DNA of 64,000 nt, taken from contig CP086569.2 of NCBI GenBank assembly GCA_009914755.4, forward strand, positions 14,176,001 to 14,240,000, read 5' to 3'. Below the pieces are notes generated by a model that did not search any database, was not told the origin of the DNA, and was given only the letters and a program-made list of their open reading frames with translations. The position numbers were made by a program, and so were the translations under genes. The DNA comes from the human T2T-CHM13v2.0 reference genome, Homo sapiens. The first letter of the stretch is position 1. Every line of letters starts with the position of its first letter. Shown one piece after another: positions 52,564-64,000 of the stretch.

Positions 52564-52992
52564 TTAACTAATGATGAGTTATTGTTTCATGGGGTCAGAG
52601 TTTCAGTTTCAGATGATAAAAAGGTGCTCCAGATGCATAGTGGTTTTGGCTGCACAATAACATGAATAACCAATGCCACGGAATTTAACAAAAATTGTTA
52701 AATCATTACTTTTCTGTTTACCATATAATAAAAAATCCTAAAAATATACTATTTTCACAGCAGAATCAGATTCCTGTGATATCAATGTGATGAAAACATA
52801 AAATGAGGTCAGAATTTTAAACATTTTCTGGAGGTCAATGATATTAACAAATTATAAATTTGAAACTTTCAACAACATATTTTTCAGCCATAAAACTTTC
52901 ATTAAGTTTTAAGGAACAGCTTTATAAAAAAGTTAGTTTTCTACATTCTTTCATCTGATATAGTAAAATGCAGTTCGATTTTATAATTTCAT

Positions 52993-53288
52993 TTATTTTC
53001 TTTTTTTGAGATGAAGTCTCACTCTGTCAACCAGGCTGGAGTGCAGTGGCACAATCTCAGTTCACTGCAACCTCTGCCTCCTGGTTTCAAGTGATTCTCC
53101 TCCCTCAGACTTAAGAGCAGCTTGGAATACAGGCACCCGCCACCACACAGGGCTAATTTTTGTATTTTTGTAGAGATGGGTTTTACCATGTTGGCTAGGC
53201 CGGTCTTGAACTCCTGACCCCAAGTGATCCGCCTGCCTCAGCCTCCCAAATTGGTGGTTTTACAGGCATGAGCCATTGCACCTGGCCA
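52993..53288 (-). mobile_element. Alu
   Basis: Carries 'tttttgagatgaagtctcactctgtcaaccaggctggagtgcagtggc'. Confidence 0.9.
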
Positions 53289-53819
53289 AATTTGTAATTT
53301 AAAGGGGCCATATTAAGAACAAACAATTCAAACAAATATTTGAGAAATATAATTGTGGTTGCATATGCTTAACTATTTTCTTAATTTTTTTGAAAAAATT
53401 CAAAAACTCTTATTTCTAACAATTCTGTTTCTCCTCATTTACTATTAGGTGTTTTACTAACCACTGTCCTGTTTAAGATACTGTTTTTCAATTTTCCATG
53501 TATTTTTGACACATTTCTGTAAATTTCTTCTACAATTGTTTTAGAGATGACAAGTAATAGAGGAAGACTGCTAATGCTTCCAAAGAAAAATTATCCAGAT
53601 AAAGTAAAATATGAACATCTCTTCATGGCTGAGTAAATACCTGAGCTGACCAGATAATTTTCTTCATATTAAGTATCATTCTGCAAACAGTAAGTAGGCT
53701 TAGTTTATCATTAAAATAAAAAATTCCAAAAATAAGGTAGATGTAAAGTAGGAACTTTATTTCTCCATTAGCAATGTGTGTTTTACATACTGTAATTTTG
53801 CTTACATTTTTAAAAGTTT

Positions 53820-54155
<336 letters not shown>

Positions 54156-54234
54156 TTAAAAACATACTATTAACAGTATGCACTAGACAATAATTATGAA
54201 AGTAATATGCACTATTAAAAAATAGCAACAATTA

Positions 54235-54489
<255 letters not shown>

Positions 54490-54777
54490 TCAGTAAAGTT
54501 GTATTCAGTTCAATTAAAATGTCAAAGTATTTTTAAAAACTTTATCAGTTTCCCTTAAGAGGGCTCCAACCATTTGGTATCAGAGTTACACAGCAGGTCC
54601 TTGAAGCTCTGGCTATATAACCATCATGTCAGGGTGTAGAGGGTGGCAACATTTATAAACATAATCTAATTTTACTTATATTTAATACTCAGAACTTCTT
54701 CAACTATGTAACCTAAATATTGTATGTTGGATAATGATACCAAATATAAATCTAAAATAAAAATCCACCACAATATT

Positions 54778-55082
54778 ATGTTTCAAAAACAATAGTAAAC
54801 CTGTTGCTAGAGTCTAGTATTGCTGAGTATTTTTCATAATAGGGATAAACCATCCTAGCATGAAAGATCAGACAAAACCTGACACCGGAGACTCATTTTC
54901 TTCAAGTGCTTTCTCCAAAAGTTTTTTTTTTTTTAAAAAGGGGAAATGTGAAAGGAAAATATCTTGGGTACCTGAAATCACTATCCTAAAGGGAAAGGTC
55001 AAACTGGGTACTGCTTAGGGCAAACCTGCCTCCATTCTATTCAAAGTCACTCCTCTGTTTACTGAGCTAAATGTATATCTGT
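54778..55082. repeat. Copy B (3'-truncated) of the unclassified repeat, 314 bp upstream of the exon
   Basis: About 90% identical to copy A over about 300 bp, including the 5' segment. Confidence 0.7.
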
Positions 55083-55304
55083 TATTATCCGTATATATCT
55101 GTATATGATATCTATATTATCACTTGCATCAGTGCTAAAGATGCTTGCTCATGCACAAGAGGTATAAAATTGAGTGAGAAAGAAAGATAACACACATTAA
55201 AATAAAGACTCAGAATGTTGGGGGAAAAAATCAGTGAGTTTCTGTCAGTGTTATAAAAGTTTAAAGATAGTAAAATATATATTCAATCTTGGTTTTAAGC
55301 TTAC

Positions 55305-55410
55305 CTAATTTAAGAGCTCCAGCAAGGCCACGTATTACTGTAACAGGGTTTTTTGGATTTGTACAAAATTGATGTAATGGAGGAAAGAAAGCATCACGTT
55401 TATTTTCCAA
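55305..55410 (-). CDS. UTY: UTY exon: [35 protein letters not shown](G)
   Basis: Acceptor 'cttttacag|TTG', donor 'TTAG|gtaagc'. Confidence 0.9.
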
Positions 55411-56912
55411 CTGTAAAAGCAAAATATTTTGTTAGGTCTCAGATAAATGACAAAATATACCTCAGATTTGTGCCTTTAATAAAATGATTAAATACAATAC
55501 TTCAAATTTGTGAGTTTTTTTCCATCAATCTGGCTATTAAAAATCTGCAGTGCATCCTAACCTTTGATATTATGTTGCTACATATTACAGTATTGTATCA
55601 TTTGTCTTGTCAGGAAAGTGTGGAGGTAATAGCTAAAAAAAACCCTCTCTTTTAAAAATTACATTTTAAATTTGATTCACTTTAAAACTGTTACCTATCT
55701 CTTATACCACAGTGATTTATAAAATTCTTTTAAATTAGTTGAGTTGTTCGAAAGTATTTCCCAAGCATATTTTTTGAGTTATCTTCTATTGCTTCTTAAA
55801 TGAGACAACAGGTAGAAGAGACATTTAAAGTTTAAAATCAAACTGTTTTATAAACTATTAACAAAACTTTTAGAGAATAAAAACCACAACAGGCAAACCT
55901 TAAATTTGTATTTATTGCCTCAAAGTTTCAACTGAAACGCTTATTTTTAGTCTCTCTTCCATGACTCTTCTAATACCATCGTCAATAAATTTCAACTAGG
56001 TAAAAAATTAATATTGAACATCTGTCCAAAGAAAGGCCAGTATCTCCAAAATCCTCTCGTACAGATCTGTTTCGAGATCATTCTAATTACTGTATCTTCA
56101 TATTTTAGGTTAAGATTCTTTAACTTGTGAAGGAGAATGAAAAAGTTGGGTGACACAAACTCTTCAGAAGGAAAAATACATAAAAATTATTTTGATGAAA
56201 GCCACAGCAGCTTTATCAAATGCTTACGTTGCTAAATAGTAAAAAAAGCCACTTAAATTCCAATGGAAATTTTATACCCACATGTATTTATGTAAAACTT
56301 TTAAATAACATGTATTCATAATCACTTTTATATCCTCAACCAGTTTTTATGAAGCTAGAAAAAAATTCCTTTATTAAAGAAATGTAACATTCAACAGGTA
56401 TACATAACTAGCAGTGTCAGAATTCAGATTTAGAACCATGTTTACTAAAAGCTTACCCTGGAACAATTATCTTTTGCTACTCTCATATAATCCCAGTCAA
56501 TATTTGAGAAGGCCTTAATTTTTCTAGACAAAATCTGTTTGCATATCTGGTGGTCAAGAACCTTTTCTGTCAAAGGCCAGATAATAAATATTTTTGGCTT
56601 TATGGGCAACCTAGTCTCTTTAGCAAACTCTGTCAATGTACTGCAAATGCAATCATAAAGACAGTAACTAAATAAATAAGCATAGTTATGTTCCAATAGA
56701 ATTTTATTTTCAAAAGCAGGTTGGTGGGCAGCACTTCGAGTAAGAGCATTCATTTGTTAAGTGCCCTGAAATATAAACATGTTCTTCTGAAATATTAAAC
56801 CTTTGAGAGTAAAGTCTATGCTCCCTAAGGCAATCTGGCTTGATTTAAAGAATACATCGATTTTCTACAAGACACATTAGTTCAGACTCTCGATTTATTT
56901 ATAAGTTACTCA

Positions 56913-57056
<144 letters not shown>

Positions 57057-58652
57057 TTAAAAAGAAGCAGAAGAAATGTATCAGTTACATATTTATTTTA
57101 AAACTAGAAAAAAAAGAAAATCTGAATTAAAAGTCAGGCATAAGGCATTCACTAAAATACAAACAGTGTAAGATATTCAGATCCATTAAACAAAAAATTG
57201 AGGACTATTAAATTTCAGCAGATGTGTTATAAAAGCTAAACAAAATATACTACACAGAGTGCATGAGCTAAACAAAATACACTACAGAGTACATAAAGTG
57301 TTGACAAAATTCCTCGTTATTCATTTTCCAATTTGCTTTCTCATATCAAACATTAATATAAACTCAAATTTCTCTCCAACATGTGCCACCGTTAAATGTT
57401 CTCCATAAAATGATAAAACAGTTGATCAAGAAGTGATTTACGTATCCTTAATATCATAGTATATCTCCTTTCTGACACTGCATCTTAGTAATTATTTCTA
57501 GAATACCATTGTGACAACTTTCAAATCCAGAAAGCTCATTAGTTTCATCCTCAAGACTTGTTTTCTGTGGAATTAGCAAATAATGAGATTCCATTTACTA
57601 AACTTTCACATCTTATAATTTTAAGTGAAGTGTGTAGTTGCTCTGTGTTGTCACACTGTTCATAATCATTACTTAACAGTATTTGGATTTTTCCTTTAAT
57701 GAAAGGTATAGTATTTGTTAAATTATTAATATAAATTCTTAAAATATGGTAAAATTACTTCCATAATCCAATTCTTCTTTTAGTATGCAAATAAGAAGTA
57801 TATTCCTAAACCTTAATATTTTAACAAATTCAGAAAATTGGCAAGCCTTTCAAATTATTCAAGCTGTCTCACCTAATTATTAAAATTCTAAAATAATCAA
57901 TGCATTAAAATATCAAAGGAATGAGCTCTTAAAAATGTTAATATTTCAGACAAAAATCTGAAAACTCTGTTTTGGAAAGTAAAAAATACATTACATCAGT
58001 AACCGCATTTATTTCAGAATCAATTATGTTTTTATTTCAATATATAGAATAATAAAAGCTGAAGCAAAAGCTTGTTTTGCTTTATTTTCCTACACAGAAA
58101 AAAACTTTCAAGTCATGCCTCTGTGGTTGGACTAATAAAAATGAAACTTTGAAATGCAACATATACACTTTTAAGATGTCATAGTAAACAGCTGTTAGGG
58201 TGTATAACCTTTTTAAACAACTAAAAAGGTCTTATGCATTTTTAAGTTATGAATTAGGTTAGAAATTTGACTTCTCTATTTTTTAAATAAAAAATGTGCA
58301 AATATCTATTAAACATTTACATTTAACTACCTATTACATTCTAAAGTAGTATCTAGATTTCAGTCTCTCTCCACAAAGCATAATGACCCATAGGTTTAGT
58401 TATAAATGATACATGTTAAGCTTTAAAACTTAAATACGGAACTGAACCTAATTCATAAACTCCTTAGAATTTCTGTTTTAAACACATAGAATATACTTTG
58501 TGAAGAGACAATTCAAGTATTCTCACTATACCAGTACTTAATTGTACTAAATTTGGTGAAGTATTTAATTGTACTAGAAATTTCTTTATGTTAATTTCTT
58601 GTAGTATCAAAAATTATTTGAACAACCACCTCCGTAAAAAAAGAGACTATGC

Positions 58653-58980
<328 letters not shown>

Positions 58981-60189
58981 CTAAGAAATTGGGATTTACT
59001 GTAGAATTCTGTTGTTGTAATTTCTACAGTCTATAAAAGAAAAAACAGTGGATATATAGGAAGCTAAAGCAATGGAAAATATAGATACCTAAATGTGAAA
59101 AAAGAAAGAAAAAGATGAGGCATGAGCAGAAGAGTCATGATTCAATCACTAACACATGATATCACTTAATTTATTTGAATTCAGTTTTCTCCCCAGAATG
59201 GATGCTATTATCAACTGACTGAATTGGTGTGCACATAGAAACTATCATTTCTCATTCTGGCTTTTTCTCTACAACTCAGAATAATTTTATTCCCAACTTT
59301 AGAATCCATCCTTTTATTCTCTTTCTTTCTGTGATTGTTTTCTTTTTCTTTCTTAATTTCTCTCTTATTTTCTTTTTGGTATGTTACCTTCACTAGCAAA
59401 TTGGAAGCTACATTTATTGGAATAGTGTTTCAGCCACAGATACTTACAATATTTTAAAGATACACTATTTACAGCTTTTAAAAATAAAATTATCCATTTC
59501 TGGTAAGGTAAAGTCCTTTTACCTTGTCTAACCCAAAAATAACTCTTTAAGAACGCATTTTATTATAAAGTGATTGTTTATATACACCTCAAAATGAGAT
59601 AGATTAAAATCTATAGTCCATTAAGAAATATAAAACATATCAATTTATTTAATTATTATTTTGCAAAAAAATTATCATCACTACTCCATTACTGCTCCCC
59701 AAGGTTGTCGCAATCATAAATTATATACAAGCAAGAAATTTTGATTTCATCTTAGACGCTGATCAGTTAATATACATTTAATGGCTGACACACGATGGTT
59801 TCTAATAAAATAATCTAAATGCCTGAGAGTCTAATCAATGCTTAGATACAGTCATAGAGAAAAAACACGTGACATCTTAAGATCTCACAGTATGAGGAAA
59901 AGAGTTATATAATCGTGAAGCAAAAATTGTTTTCAAATTTGAAGTTTAAAAACTTTTTAATAAAATGACCAAAGTAGATTAAAAATAATGTTTAGATTGT
60001 CTAGTTATAGGTTATTTATTTTCTGTTAATTTGCATCTAATTTCAGAAAGCTCTTTTATGAATCTAATAAAACCAATATATTATTGTTAAAATTTCGAGG
60101 TTTAGGTACTAAAAATATAGAAGTAATACAGTATGTGTTTTAGGCATGCGAAATGACTTTCACTTACATTTTATACTCTTCTATACAGA

Positions 60190-60410
60190 ACATTTATAAG
60201 AGTTAAGATAACTTATTAAGATTTAATTTTATTGTGTTTAAAGTCTATGTTAGGTTTGTCTTTGAGGCAGTCCAAACTCTGTAAAACTGACTGTGATAAT
60301 GATTGCACACATCTGGTAATCTGCTAAAACCAAATGAACTGTAAACACTACATGACCAAACCGTATAGTATGTGAATTATATCTCAATAAAGCTGTTTTT
60401 TTAAAAAGGT
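60190..60410 (+). mobile_element. L1 (L1MA/L1PB-type) 3'UTR fragment
   Basis: '...ctgtgataatgattgcacacatctggtaatctgctaaaaccaaatgaactgtaaacac...gtgaattatatctcaataaagctgtttttt' parallels 39800-39910. Confidence 0.55.
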
Positions 60411-60937
60411 GGATTAGGCTCTTTGAGGTAATCGATGTGTTGGCTTAATATCAAAGAAAGTGTTCCTGATTCTTTTTTGAGGGAAGGGAATGAAAACCAA
60501 TTTTTAAACAAACATGTGAACCCCCATTGCTTAAAACAGTAGCACAATATAGCAAGTCTTACCAGACTGCCTGCATTCTCCGTGCATTTCCTGTCTCTCC
60601 TGAAACTATGTAACTTCTAGACTCTGACAAAATGTTTTCTAAAATGTAAGCAAAGACTAGCCTTAATAATCAGTAAGGCCTATTCCTACTCTTAACATTC
60701 TACAGCTCTAACTAAAAAGGAAACAAACAATAGGATATTCCAGGCTTTGCTGTTCCCTATGTGAGGACTTCCCTTATTGTCTTTCAATTCCCAGAATGAG
60801 GTTTATCACAGAGAAACTGATGATCCTAATAACCAATAAAGGTTTGTAACACTAGAAAAAGACATAATCTCGCAGATAAAGCAGTTCACAGAAAAATGTT
60901 TTCCATATCTAATACAGTGATAAGATAAAACCAGTGT

Positions 60938-63900
60938 TTCCACAATGGCCAAATAGGAACAGCTCCAGTCGGCAGCTCCCAGCGAGACCAACACAGAAAG
61001 AGGGTGATTTCTGCATTTCCAACTGAGGTACCCAGTTTATCTCACTGGGACTGGTAAGACAGTGGGTGCAGCCCACAGAGGGCAAACAGAAGCAGGGTGG
61101 GGGCACCACCCCACTCAGGAAGTGCAAAGAGCCCAGGGACCTCCCTCCCTCAGCCAAGGGAAGCTATGAGGGACTGTGCTATCTGGCCCAGATATTATAA
61201 TTTTACCAGTTTTTGCAATCCGCAGATGAGGAGATTCCCTCGTGTGCTTATACCACAAGGGTCCTGGGTTTCAAGCACAAAACTGAGCGGCTGTTTGGGC
61301 AGACACGGAGCTAGTTGCAGGAGTTTTCTTTGCACCCCACTGGTGCCCAAAACCCAAGAGAAACAGAACCATTCACTCCACTGGAAAAGGAGCTGAAGCC
61401 AGGCAGCCAAGTGGTCTCACTCAGCAATGCCCAGCAAACTAAGATCTACTGGCTTGAAATTCTCACTGCCAGCACAGCAGTCTTAAGTCAACCTGGGAAT
61501 GACTAAGCTTGGTACAGGGAGAGGCATCTGCTTTCCTGGGGCTTCAGCAGGCAGTTTTCCCTTTGGCAGTGCTAAGGAGGCCAGGCGGTTTGGATTGGGT
61601 GGAATTCATCACAGCGCAGCCAAGAGGCTGGGGCCAGACTGCCTCTCAAGATTCCTCCTCACTGGGTAGGGCATCTCTGAAAGAGAGGCAGCTGCCCCAC
61701 TCAGGGGCTTTCAGATAAAACTCTCATCTCCCTGGGACAGAACACCTGGGGGAAGGGGTGGCTGTGGGCACAGCTTCAACGGGCTTAAACTTTTGTGTCT
61801 GACAGCTCTGAAGAGAGCAGTTGATCCTGATAAAAAGGATTCTCTCAGCACAAGGCTTAAGCACTGCTATAGGACAAACTGCCTCCTCAGGTGAGGCCCT
61901 GACACCTATGCCTCCTGACTGGGAGAGACCTCACACAGGACTGATCCAGCTGGGATCAAGCCAGTGCCCCTCTGGGACAAAGGCAGCAATCTTTGCTGTT
62001 CTGCAGCCTGCACCTGATACCCAGGCAAAAAGGGTCTGGAGTGAATCTCCAGAACACTGCAGAAGATGGGCCTGTTAGAAGAAAAAACAACGTCATCAAT
62101 AAAAAGGACCTTCACACAAAAGCCCCACCCAAAGGTCATCAGCCTCAAAGATCAAAGGCAGATAAATCCACGAAGATGAGGAAAAACCAGTGCAAAAAAT
62201 GCTGAAAATTCTAAAAACCAGCATGCCTGTTCTATCCAAAGGATCACAACTCTTCTCCAGCAAGGGCACAGAACTGGACAGAAAATGAGACTGACAATTT
62301 GACAGAAGTAGGTTTTAGAAGGTGGTTAATAACAAACTCATCTGAGCTAAAGGAGTTAAAGAACCTTGATAAAAGATTACAGGAAATGCTAACTAGAATA
62401 ACCAGTTTTTAGAGAGGAACATAAATGACCTGATGGAGCTGAAAAACACAGCATGAGAACTTTGTGAAACATACAGAAGAATCAACAGCTGAACTGATCA
62501 ATTGAAAGAAAGATATCAGAGATTGAAGATCAACTTACTGAAATAGGAGTGAAGACATTATTAGATAAAAAAGAATAAAAAGGAATGAACAAAGCCTCAA
62601 AAAAAACAGGACTATGTGAAAAGACCAAACCTATGATTGACTGATGTACCTGGAATTGATGGAAAGAATGGAACCAAGTTGGAAAAAGCACTTCAGGATA
62701 ATTTTGAAGAAATGGATAAATTCCTGGAGACATACAGTCTCTCAAGACTAAACCAGCAGAATTCCAATCTCTGAATGGAACAATAACAAATTCTGAAATT
62801 GAGGCTGTGATAAATAGCCTACCAATCAAAAAAGGCCAAGGGCCAGGATTCACAGCCAAATTCTACCAGACGTACAAAAAGGAGCTGGTACTATTCCTTC
62901 TGAAACTATTTCACACAATAAAAAAATAGGGACTCCTCCCTAACTCACTTTATGAGGCCAGCATCATCCTGATACCAAAACCTGGCAGAGATACAAGAAA
63001 AAAACAAAACAAATCCGGCCAATATCCCTGATGAACATTGATGAAGAAATCTTCAATACAGGCAAACCAAATCCAGCAGCACATCAAAAAGCTTATCCAC
63101 CACAATCAAGTTGGCTTCATTCCTGGGATGAAAGCCTGGTTCAACATAACACAAATCAATAAACGTAATCCATCACATAAACAGAATCTATGATAAAACC
63201 CACATGATTATTTCAAGATATGCAAAAAAGGCTTTAATAAAATTCAACATCCCTTCATCCTAAAAATTCTCAATAAACTAGGTATTGATGGAACATGTCT
63301 CAATAAGAGCTATTTATGGCAAACCCATAGCCAATATCATATGGAATGTGCAAAAGCTAGAAGCACTCCCTTTGAAAACCACTACAAGACAAGGATGCCC
63401 TCTCTCACCATACCTATTCAACATAGTATTCAAAGTTGTGGCCAGGGGAATCAGGCAAGAGAAGGAAATAAAGGGTATTCATATAGGAAGAGAGGAAGTC
63501 AAATTGTCTCTGTTTGCAGATGACATGATTGTATATTTAGAAAACCCCATCATCTCAGCCCCAAAACTGCTTATAAGCTGATATGCAACTTCAGCAAAGT
63601 CTCAGGATACAAAATCAATGTGCAAAAATCACAAGCATTCCTATACACCAGTCATAGACAAAAAGAGCCAAACCATGCATGAACTCGCATTCACAATTGC
63701 TACAGAGAATTAAATACCTATGAATACAACTTATGAGCACCACTTCAAGGAGAACTACAAACCAGTGGTCCAGGAAACAAGAGAGGACACAAACAAATGG
63801 AAAAACAGTCCATGCTCATGGATAGGAAGAACCAATATAGTGAAAATGACGTGCCCAAAGTAATTTATAGATTCAATGCTGTACCCATAAAGCTACCATT

Positions 63901-64000
63901 GACTTTCTTCACCAAATTAGATAAAACCACTTTAAATTTCATATGGAATTAAAAAAAGAGCTCATATAACTAAGACAATCCTAAGCAAAAAGAACAAACC
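60938..64000 (+). mobile_element. L1 (older L1PA/L1PB-like): 5'UTR, truncated ORF1, then ORF2 RT. Internally deleted. Runs off the right edge.
   Basis: Begins 'ccacaatggccaaataggaacagctccagtc...gatttctgcatttccaactgaggtaccc'. ORF1-like region at 62190-62700. ORF2 RT at 63285-63581 ('...[53 protein letters not shown]'). Confidence 0.85.

Noticed and set aside
57480-57570. Stop-free minus-strand stretch 'KTSLEDETNELSGFESCHNGILEIITKMQCQKGDIL' with an upstream AG, considered as a further upstream UTY exon
   Set aside because: I cannot match it to the KDM6A or UTY protein sequence from memory. Its phase relation to the next exon is inconsistent. The surrounding sequence is AT-rich intron. It is left unannotated.

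Overview
This window is primate (human-type) nuclear genomic DNA, not a prokaryotic locus. There is no CRISPR array, operon, tRNA or rRNA gene. More than 60% of the window is interspersed repeats: about 35 Alu elements, several old and young L1 fragments, a THE1/MST-type MaLR element, and one HERV-E/Harlequin-like provirus.

The one protein-coding gene runs on the minus strand. I resolved nine exons with canonical GT/AG splice sites between plus coordinates 28412 and 57010. Together they encode the C-terminal part of a KDM6-family histone demethylase (about 390 residues), from upstream of the JmjC domain through the JmjC catalytic core. The Fe(II)-binding residues are present: His and Glu in 'TPGHQENN' and His in 'GTVHWVQ'.

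Two observations point to the Y-linked paralogue UTY rather than X-linked KDM6A. The protein reads '[11 protein letters not shown]', where KDM6A/KDM6B have Ile as I recall them. A PSMA6 processed pseudogene lies nearby, and PSMA6P1 is Y-linked at Yq11 as I recall it.

The most striking structure is a three-level nesting. An old L1 ORF2 carries a roughly 7.4-kb HERV-E-like provirus. That provirus in turn carries a full-length PSMA6 retrocopy in its pol/integrase region.
- The provirus has LTRs of 476 and 463 bp, an exact 18-nt tRNA-Glu primer-binding site, a polypurine tract, a 4-bp target-site duplication ATAA, and only remnants of gag, pol and env.
- The PSMA6 retrocopy has a 741-nt CDS-equivalent, a poly-A tail, a 15-bp target-site duplication, a premature stop at codon 45 and 8 further missense changes.

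Other points of note are a 73-nt mini-intron, a cluster of near-consensus AluY insertions with intact target-site duplications, and a repeat of unknown family present three times (two copies flank an exon). There are also a tandem-monomer L1 5'UTR-like block, an internally deleted L1, and several microsatellites that may be Y-STRs. I see no evidence of a novel biological system. All coordinates of repeat boundaries are approximate (about ±10 bp). Exon boundaries were derived base by base.
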